A stretch of 40,915 nt of DNA from Actinomycetes bacterium (GTDB taxonomy: Bacteria > Actinomycetota > Actinomycetes > JACCUZ01). Under the pieces are notes generated by a model. That model ran no database searches. It saw only the letters and a list, made by a program, of their open reading frames with translations, and was not told where the DNA came from. The translations under genes and the position numbers were made by a program. Shown here piece by piece: positions 8,321 to 14,326 of this stretch. The DNA lies in NCBI GenBank assembly GCA_035759075.1, contig DASTVO010000455.1, positions 1-40,915 on the forward strand. The letters run 5' to 3'. Position 1 is the first letter of the stretch; every line of letters begins with the position of its first letter.

Positions 8321-9148
8321 ATGGGGCACCTCGAGGGGCTGACGGGAAGAGCCCGACCTGCCCTGATGCACGTCCGCAGGTTCTCGATCGAGCTGTTCGT
8401 CGTGCTCGCGGCGGTCCTGGTCTACTTCGGCGTCCGGGGCCTCACCGGGGTGAACGTGGCGGTGGCCTACCAGCACGCCGCCGACCTGGCGGCTCTGGAG
8501 AAGTCCCTGGGCCTGTTGGTCGAGGACTCGATCCAGGACGTTATGGCCCCTTCCGGCGTCGCTGTCATGGCCATGAACTGGGTCTACATCTGGGGTCACT
8601 GGCCGGTCATCGCCGCCGTCCTGGTCTGGCTCTTCCTGACTCGTCACGACGGCTATAAGGAGATCCGCGCCGCGATGATCCTCTCGGGGGCGGTCGGACT
8701 GGTGATCTTCGCGGCGTACCCTGTGGCGCCGCCACGACTGGCCGACCCCGAGATCATGGACACCGTGAGCCAGCACTCCCAGGCGTACCGCGTGCTGCAG
8801 CCGCCGGCCCTGGTGAACCAGTACGCCGCGATGCCGAGCCTGCACGTCGGCTGGGACCTGCTGATGGGCTACGCGCTGATCGTGCACGGCCGGGCGCTGT
8901 GGCAGCGCGTCGCGGGCGCTCTGCTGCCGATCTTCATGCTGGTCGCGGTGGTCGCGACCGGCAACCACTACGTCCTGGACGCCGTCGCCGGGATCGCCCT
9001 GGTGGTCGCCAGCCTGCTGCTCGTGCGCTACGTGCAGGCCCGGCGAGCGCAACGGTCGCGCAGGCCGCGCGGGTCGTCGGCTTCCTTGCCGAGCCAGCGC
9101 CTGTCACCGGGCCGGGAGCCGCTGCCCTCCCAGGTGGACCGCCGTTGA
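8321..9148 (+). CDS. PAP2-superfamily membrane phosphatase / phosphotransferase (PAP2_3-like)
   Basis: 275-aa ORF, multi-pass membrane protein. PAP2-type motifs PSLHVGW and TGNHYVLDAVAG are present. A GGGAGG lies upstream of the ATG at 8321. Confidence 0.75.
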   Translation: MGHLEGLTGRARPALMHVRRFSIELFVVLAAVLVYFGVRGLTGVNVAVAYQHAADLAALEKSLGLLVEDSIQDVMAPSGVAVMAMNWVYIWGHWPVIAAVLVWLFLTRHDGYKEIRAAMILSGAVGLVIFAAYPVAPPRLADPEIMDTVSQHSQAYRVLQPPALVNQYAAMPSLHVGWDLLMGYALIVHGRALWQRVAGALLPIFMLVAVVATGNHYVLDAVAGIALVVASLLLVRYVQARRAQRSRRPRGSSASLPSQRLSPGREPLPSQVDRR

Positions 9149-9801
9149 CGGCGGACGGCCTGCTGACCATCGCGCACCGGCGGGGCAACACCGTCGCCGG
9201 GCTGCGTGAGTCGCTCGCGAGCGGGGTCGACCTGGTCGAGTGCGACGTGCACGCCTACCGGGGGCGGCTCGAGGTGCGCCACCTGAAGTCGATGGCCGGC
9301 CTGCCGTGGCTATGGGACAAGTGGGAGCTGGTGCACCGCCGCCGGCACGCGCACCTCGAGCTGGCCGACCTGGTGGAGGCGCTCGGCGACGACCACCGGC
9401 TGATGATCGACCTCAAAGGTGTCCACCCGCGGCTCGCCCCGTCGGTGTCTCGGTTGCTGCGGGAGGCGGCGCCGGACCGCGGGCTGACGGTCTGCACCAA
9501 GGCCTGGTGGATGCTCGACCGTTTCGACGTGCCGGTGCGCCGGGTGCTCTCGGCCGGCTCCCGACGCGGGCTGGCCCGGCTGGTGGCCCGGGTCGCGGCG
9601 GCGCCGGTGGACGGGGTGTCGGTGCGCCGGTCGCTGCTGACCCGCGAGCTGGTGCAACAGCTGCACCGGGGGACCGACCTGGTGATGACGTGGCCGGTCG
9701 ACACCCCCGAGGCGCTGGCCGACGCCCGGCGGCTCGGGGTGGACGCGGTGATCAGCAAGGACCTCGACCTGCTCAAGTCGCTGATCGCGGAACGGTCGTG
9801 A
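9145..9801 (+). CDS. glycerophosphodiester phosphodiesterase family protein
   Basis: This is the 3' part of track ORF 8899..9801(+). GDPD motifs IAHRRGN and VECDVH are present, with C-terminal VDAVISKD. The TTG at 9145 overlaps the PAP2 TGA as TTGA, suggesting translational coupling. Confidence 0.75.
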   Translation: MTADGLLTIAHRRGNTVAGLRESLASGVDLVECDVHAYRGRLEVRHLKSMAGLPWLWDKWELVHRRRHAHLELADLVEALGDDHRLMIDLKGVHPRLAPSVSRLLREAAPDRGLTVCTKAWWMLDRFDVPVRRVLSAGSRRGLARLVARVAAAPVDGVSVRRSLLTRELVQQLHRGTDLVMTWPVDTPEALADARRLGVDAVISKDLDLLKSLIAERS

Positions 9802-9806
9802 CGGCC

Positions 9807-9853
9807 GAGCTGCGGGCGGGAGTGTCGAACGGGCGCATCAGCGCCCGCAGCTC
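9807..9853. terminator. bidirectional hairpin between convergent genes (12-bp perfect stem)
   Basis: GAGCTGCGGGCG (9807-9818) is the exact reverse complement of CGCCCGCAGCTC (9842-9853), with a 23-nt loop. It sits between the GDPD stop (9801) and the ybaK-like stop (9854). There is no U-tract. Confidence 0.5.
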
Positions 9854-10318
9854 TCAGGCGACGTCGGCCGGCTCGCCGCCGGTGAGGACGAGCAGCTCCG
9901 CGTAGGTGGTCGGGAACACCGCGTGCGGGTGGCCGGCCGCCGCCCACACCTCGTCGTACGCGGCGAGGTGGGTGTCCACCAAGGTCCGCAGCGGCTCCGG
10001 GTGCCCGACCGGCGCGACCCCGCCGATCGCGAAACCGGTGTGCGCGCGCACGAACTCGGGGTCGGCCCGGTCGACCTTCTGGGCGCCGACCAGGGCAGCG
10101 ATCTTCCCGGTGTCGACCCGGTGGCCGCCGGAGGCCATCACCAGCAGCGGTGACCCGTCGGCGGAGAAGACCAGCGAGTTCGCGATCTGGGCCGGCTCGA
10201 CGCCGAGCTGGGCCGCGGCCTGCGCCGCTGTCCGGGCCGAGTCGTCGAGCTGGCGGACCTGGCCGGACGCACCGAGCTCGGCCAGCCGTGCGGTCACGCG
10301 GGCGACGCTGGGATGCAC
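9854..10318 (-). CDS. YbaK/EbsC-family aminoacyl-tRNA deacylase
   Basis: 154-aa ORF. The segments ...IANSLVFSADGSPLLVMASGGHRVDTGKIA...GFAIGGVAPVGH... are typical of the YbaK/ProX editing domain. Confidence 0.8.
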   Translation of the reverse strand: MHPSVARVTARLAELGASGQVRQLDDSARTAAQAAAQLGVEPAQIANSLVFSADGSPLLVMASGGHRVDTGKIAALVGAQKVDRADPEFVRAHTGFAIGGVAPVGHPEPLRTLVDTHLAAYDEVWAAAGHPHAVFPTTYAELLVLTGGEPADVA

Positions 10319-10374
10319 CGCGGCAGCCTAGCCCGGGTCACCCGCTCGACGGGGCCTCCCGAGCTGGCCGATGG

Positions 10375-11121
10375 TCAAGGACGCCGCGGCGCGGTCGAGC
10401 TCAGCTCGTCGCTGACCACCCAGTCGCCGTCGGGCACGTGGTCGACCTCCGCACCGGACCGGCGCCGAGCGGCCACGGCCCGGGGCGCGACCAGCGCCAG
10501 CACCGCACCGAGCAGTGCGCCGAGCAGCACCCAGGCCGCTGCGGACGCAGCCGTGCCGTCCCCGGCAGCCGCCGGGCGCTGCGCCGGCTCCGCCGGTCCG
10601 GCGTCGAGTCCCTGGCCGGCGGGCTGGGACCCGGCAACCTGGCCGTCGCCGCCGCTCGCCGTGCCACCGCCGTCGAGGACGAGTCGGTCCAGCAGCTGCG
10701 CCAGCTCTGTCCCCGCGGCAGGTCGGTGCCAGGCCACCGGTGCCTCCCATGTCGAGCCCGCGTCGAGCGCCTGCTGGGTGGCGACGAGCGGCCCGCTCTC
10801 GGCGTCGGTGTAGACCCGGTCGACCCGCCAGACCTGCACGTCGTGGATCAGCCAGGTGATCGTGACGGCCCGGCCGGACGGAGAGCGCGACGCGCCCTCG
10901 ACCGCCTCACCGGGCGAGGCGTCGAACGCGCCGACCAGCCTGGCCAGCGCCTGGTAGTCGTCGTCCGACGCGTACAGCGAGGCGGTCTGTCCGGTCGCGG
11001 GTGCCACCAGCAGCACGCTCGTCGGGCCGCCGGCCACCGCCGGAGCCACCGTCGCCACCGTCGCCACCGTCGCGACAACGACTGCGAACACGCTCAGGGC
11101 TGCTGCGCGCCACACGTGCAT
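10375..11121 (-). CDS. hypothetical exported protein with C-terminal membrane anchor
   Basis: 248-aa ORF with an N-terminal signal-like segment (MHVWRAAALSVFAVVVATVATVATVAPAVAG) and a C-terminal TM (AAAWVLLGALLGAVLALVAP). A GAGGAGG Shine-Dalgarno lies upstream of the ATG at 11121. No family was recognised. Confidence 0.55.
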   Translation of the reverse strand: MHVWRAAALSVFAVVVATVATVATVAPAVAGGPTSVLLVAPATGQTASLYASDDDYQALARLVGAFDASPGEAVEGASRSPSGRAVTITWLIHDVQVWRVDRVYTDAESGPLVATQQALDAGSTWEAPVAWHRPAAGTELAQLLDRLVLDGGGTASGGDGQVAGSQPAGQGLDAGPAEPAQRPAAAGDGTAASAAAWVLLGALLGAVLALVAPRAVAARRRSGAEVDHVPDGDWVVSDELSSTAPRRP

Positions 11122-11149
11122 CTCGGCCTCCTCGGGGTCCGTGATGCTG

Positions 11150-11178
11150 CTACACCGCCGAGGGGCCGGAGGTTCCGC
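11150..11178 (-). promoter_or_regulatory. ECF-type promoter motif, copy B (minus strand GCGGAACCTC-N8-CGGCGGTGTAG)
   Basis: On the plus strand this reads CTACACCGCCG-N8-GAGGTTCCGC. It matches 12600-12628 at 21 of 21 motif positions with the same spacing. It lies 28 nt upstream of the ATG at 11121. Confidence 0.6.
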
Positions 11179-11181
11179 AGA

Positions 11182-11943
11182 TCACGGGACCGGACGCACC
11201 GACTCGGCGATCTCGACGGCCCTGCGCATGCTGAGGTCGCCCTCGAGCCGAAGGCCTCTGGTCCCGCGTTCCCAGACCAGCGTGCTCCCGGCCAGCCGCG
11301 CGCCCACGGTCGGTCGCGTCCCGTCCTCCCGGAGCAGCACGACCTCGTGCGGGCCGTCGATCCAGACCGCGAAAGCGCCGCCCACGACCGTGAACTCGGC
11401 TCCGGGCGCGGTCTTGGCGAAGGTGAAGTCGACCCGGGCGTCGAAGGTGTCGAGCCGCACCGAGCCGTCCGCTCCGCCGGACCAGCTCATCGACAGGACC
11501 CTGCGGTCGTGCGACACGGCCACCGCGTCCGGGCGGCCCAGGGCTGCCGGCACGACGGGCGTGAAGCCGACCAGTCGCTGCGCCTCCTCGAGGGACAGCG
11601 AACCCGTCACCTCGCGAGGACCGGCCGTGGCTGACGGCGCCACACCCTGGCGCACCCGGACCCCGGCGAAGCCGAACCAGTCCGAGACGGCGGCTCGGAC
11701 GGGCGGCGTGAGCAGCAGCACGACGAGGGCGACAGCCGCCGACGCGACGAGGCGGCGGCGACGGCCGCTCGCCGCGGCGAGCCGGTCACCCGCGAGCCGG
11801 AGGGCACCGCGATGGGCGGGGGCCGGTAGCTCCGCGACCCGCGCCATGACGCGCTCGACCAGCGCTGGGTCGACGCCGGCGGGCGGCGCCGACCGGCCCA
11901 CCGCGGTGAGCTCGCGGACCAGATCGTCTGTGTCAGGAGCCAC
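11182..11943 (-). CDS. membrane-anchored putative anti-sigma factor
   Basis: This is the 3' part of track ORF 11182..12009(-). The GTG at 11943 overlaps the sigma gene stop by 11 nt. It has one TM (LVASAAVALVVLLLTP) and an extracytoplasmic domain. The call rests on position and topology; no zinc-binding anti-sigma motif was seen. Confidence 0.55.
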   Translation of the reverse strand: MAPDTDDLVRELTAVGRSAPPAGVDPALVERVMARVAELPAPAHRGALRLAGDRLAAASGRRRRLVASAAVALVVLLLTPPVRAAVSDWFGFAGVRVRQGVAPSATAGPREVTGSLSLEEAQRLVGFTPVVPAALGRPDAVAVSHDRRVLSMSWSGGADGSVRLDTFDARVDFTFAKTAPGAEFTVVGGAFAVWIDGPHEVVLLREDGTRPTVGARLAGSTLVWERGTRGLRLEGDLSMRRAVEIAESVRPVP

Positions 11944-12502
11944 GGTGCGCCTCCGATCTCGGGACAGAGTCCGGGGCGTCGCCGCCGTCACCGTCGAGGG
12001 CCTCGGCAAGTCGGCGCACGGCGCGGTGCAGCCGCGACTTCACGGTCCCCCGGGACCAGCCGAGCAGCGCCGCGGTCTCGGCCTCGTCGAGGTCGAGCAG
12101 ATACCGGCACGTGATGACCTGCTGGTGCGGTTCCGACAGGGTGGCGATCCCGCGAAGCAGCTCGTGCCGGCGTTCCTCCGTGACGGACGCCGCCTCCGGG
12201 TCGGTGCGGTCGGGCGCGGTGACCAGCCGCTCCGTCCGCTCCCAGGCGAGCCACTCCCGTGCGGCCCGTCGGCCGGCTGCCCGGTGGAGGTTCCTGGTCT
12301 CGTTGCCGACGATCCGCAGCAGCCAGGGCCGGAACGCGGCGCCCTGCCGGAAGCTGCCCAACGACTCGTAGGCCTTGACGAACGCGTCCTGCACGACGTC
12401 GTCGGCGTCGGCTCCGGCTCCCATCATCCGCGCGGTGCGCAGTGCCACCGGCGCATGCCGACGCACCAGCTCCGCGTACGCCTCGCGATCTCCCGCGCGC
12501 AC
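11933..12502 (-). CDS. ECF (sigma-70 family) RNA polymerase sigma factor
   Basis: Region 2 is seen as DVVQDAFVKAYESLGSFRQGAAFRPWLLRIVGNE, and region 4 as LDLDEAETAALLGWSRGTVKSRLHRAVRRL. The track start (GTG 12502) probably truncates the N-terminus; see the finding on an ATC start at 12538. Confidence 0.85.
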   Translation of the reverse strand: MRAGDREAYAELVRRHAPVALRTARMMGAGADADDVVQDAFVKAYESLGSFRQGAAFRPWLLRIVGNETRNLHRAAGRRAAREWLAWERTERLVTAPDRTDPEAASVTEERRHELLRGIATLSEPHQQVITCRYLLDLDEAETAALLGWSRGTVKSRLHRAVRRLAEALDGDGGDAPDSVPRSEAHRGS

Positions 12503-12599
12503 GCGTGCCAGAGCGTCGGCGTCGTCGCCTGCGCTGATCCGGCCTCCCTGTCCGTCTCCAGCCGTGTGTACCCCGTTCGCCGGCAGCCGTCCGGGATCT

Positions 12600-12628
12600 C
12601 TACACCGCCGCGACCTGCGAGGTTCCGC
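12600..12628 (-). promoter_or_regulatory. ECF-type promoter motif, copy A (likely autoregulatory)
   Basis: Plus strand CTACACCGCCG-N8-GAGGTTCCGC, upstream of the ECF sigma gene. The minus strand has GGAAC followed 16 nt later by GTGTAG. Confidence 0.6.
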
Positions 12629-12673
12629 GCCGAGCGTCCGTGCCGGTCGCCGAGCCGCGCGGCCAGCGTCTCG

Positions 12674-13216
12674 TCACGTGGCGGCGGGCGTGTACCGCAG
12701 GTGCAGGACGCCGGTCTTCAGCGTCGAGCTGTGGGTGAGCTCCAGCGGGACGGTCGCCGTGTTCTCGAACAGCCGCTGGCCCGAGCCGACCGCGATCGGG
12801 TGGACCAGCAGGGCGAGCTCATCGAGGAGCCCGTTGGCCAGCAGCCAGCGGACCGTCGTGGCCGAGCCGGACATGGCGATGTCGCCGTCCTCCGCGTCCT
12901 TGACGGCCTGCACCGCCGCGACGTCGCCGGCGACCGCGCGGGTGTTCTGCCAGGTGGGGTCCTGCAGCGACGAGGAGACGACGTACTTGGGGATGCCGTT
13001 GATGAACTCCGAGAACGGGACCTCCGGGCCCTGCTGCGGCCAGTACGCGGACCAGTCGTCATAGAGCCGGCGGCCCATGAGGAAGGCGGTGCTGGTCTCC
13101 ATGCCGCGTTCGATGACTGCTCCCATGTCGTCATCGAAGTAGGGGAAGTGCCACTTGTCGGGGGACTCGACGACTCCGTCGAGGGAGATGAAGAAGTTGG
13201 ACACGATCCTGCCCAT
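12674..13216 (-). CDS. dihydrofolate reductase-family protein (RibD C-terminal domain-like)
   Basis: Track ORF 12674..13255(-), trimmed to the ATG at 13216 (MGRIVSNFFISLDGVVESPDKW...), which has a GAGGAG Shine-Dalgarno 7 nt upstream. ...MGRRLYDDW...PKYVVSS...GDIAMSGSATTVRWLL is typical of this family. Confidence 0.8.
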   Translation of the reverse strand: MGRIVSNFFISLDGVVESPDKWHFPYFDDDMGAVIERGMETSTAFLMGRRLYDDWSAYWPQQGPEVPFSEFINGIPKYVVSSSLQDPTWQNTRAVAGDVAAVQAVKDAEDGDIAMSGSATTVRWLLANGLLDELALLVHPIAVGSGQRLFENTATVPLELTHSSTLKTGVLHLRYTPAAT

Positions 13217-13324
13217 GGCGCGGCTCCTCGTGATGGGGGTACGGCGGCTCAGCAAGTAGACCGTGCCCGGGAGCCGTGCTCATCGCCCGCCTCTCCACAA
13301 CCGCGCCGCCGGTGCTTGACGAAC

Positions 13325-13346
13325 TGTCGGTGGGGAGGTCTACTGT
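13325..13346 (+). promoter_or_regulatory. RecA-independent DNA-damage promoter motif (RecA-NDp / PafBC-type): TGTCGGTG-N8-TACTGT
   Basis: Read directly: TGTCGGTG at 13325-13332, an 8-nt spacer, then TACTGT at 13341-13346. This is an exact fit to the mycobacterial consensus tTGTCRgtg-N8-TAnnnT. Confidence 0.6.
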
Positions 13347-13355
13347 GGGACGTGT

Positions 13356-13371
13356 TCGAACAGGTGTTCGA
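13356..13371. promoter_or_regulatory. LexA (SOS) box TCGAAC-N4-GTTCGA
   Basis: Read directly: TCGAAC AGGT GTTCGA. It is a perfect palindromic match to the actinobacterial/Gram-positive LexA operator. It lies 9 nt downstream of the TACTGT hexamer and about 94 nt upstream of the first cassette ORF. Confidence 0.8.
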
Positions 13372-13464
13372 ACACCGGAGAGGCTTCCCGCCCGGTGCGC
13401 CGGACTCGACCCCTGGCGCACCGGGCGGGACCACCCGGGAGGCGACGGCTGGGGAGGAGGGCCC

Positions 13465-13779
13465 GTGACCCGACGGTACGACGAGCCGGTCGAGGTCCGG
13501 CGCCGGGACGAGGACCCGTCCGAGTTCCTGTGGCGGGGCCGGTTCTACGCGGTGCGCGCGGTGCTGGCGCACTGGGTGGAGACGGGCGCCTGGTGGCAGA
13601 GCCCGGTCTCCGCCGTGGAGGGCTCCGCCGCGCTCTCGCTCGACTCGTCCGTGCTCGCCGCCGAGCGCGAGGTGTGGCGGGTCGAGGCCAGCCCCGGCCG
13701 GGTGCACGGCGCCGGGGTCTACGACCTGTGCTTCGACTGGGCGGCGGGCGGCTGGACGCTGCTGCGCGCGCTGGACTGA
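13465..13779 (+). CDS. small conserved protein, DUF6504-like
   Basis: This is the 3' part of track ORF 13276..13779(+). The GTG at 13465 is preceded by GGGGAGGAGGG. FLWRGRFYAVRAVLAHWVETGAWW...EREVWRVEA...GVYDLCFD matches my memory of DUF6504 family proteins (not searched). Confidence 0.6.
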   Translation: MTRRYDEPVEVRRRDEDPSEFLWRGRFYAVRAVLAHWVETGAWWQSPVSAVEGSAALSLDSSVLAAEREVWRVEASPGRVHGAGVYDLCFDWAAGGWTLLRALD

Positions 13780-13792
13780 AGGGGAGAGCGTC

Positions 13793-14272
13793 ATGGTCAG
13801 GAGGGTCACCGCAGCCGACGGCCCCGTGCTGGTCGACCCGGTCGTCCGGCGCCCGCCGGTGGTCCCGGCCGCCCACGAGCTGCTCGCGACCGCCCGCCAC
13901 GACATCGCCGAGGCGATGGCCACCACCGTGGCCACCGAGCGCTACGCCGCGGCCCACCTGGCGGCGCTGCGCACGGCCGCGGCGGTGCTCGCGGTCCGGA
14001 CCCGGCCGGCCGCCACCAAGCGGCCGCGCAACGTCTGGTCGATGCTGCCGCAGGTGGCGCCCGAGCTCACCGAGTGGTCGGCGTTCTTCGCCGCCGGCGC
14101 CGGCAAGCGGGCCGCCGCCGAGGCAGGGCTCAGCCGGGCCGTCACCCCGCGCGAGGCCGACGACCTGCTGCGCGACGTGCAGACCTTCCTCGCCCTGGTC
14201 GAGACCACCCTCGGTCTCGACCACCAGCCGGTCATCCCGCACCTCGCCCCGCTCGCCCACCGGGCCAGCTGA
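13793..14272 (+). CDS. HEPN domain protein (SAV_6107-family-like)
   Basis: 159-aa ORF. The ATG at 13793 is preceded by AAGGGGAG. An Rx4H motif (ERYAAAH, nt 13940-13957) sits in a predicted helical protein. The family call is from memory. Confidence 0.6.
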   Translation: MVRRVTAADGPVLVDPVVRRPPVVPAAHELLATARHDIAEAMATTVATERYAAAHLAALRTAAAVLAVRTRPAATKRPRNVWSMLPQVAPELTEWSAFFAAGAGKRAAAEAGLSRAVTPREADDLLRDVQTFLALVETTLGLDHQPVIPHLAPLAHRAS

Positions 14273-14326
14273 GCACCCGCCGCCGACGACCACCGACCTG
14301 ACCCGCCGACCAGAGCCCGAGACACC

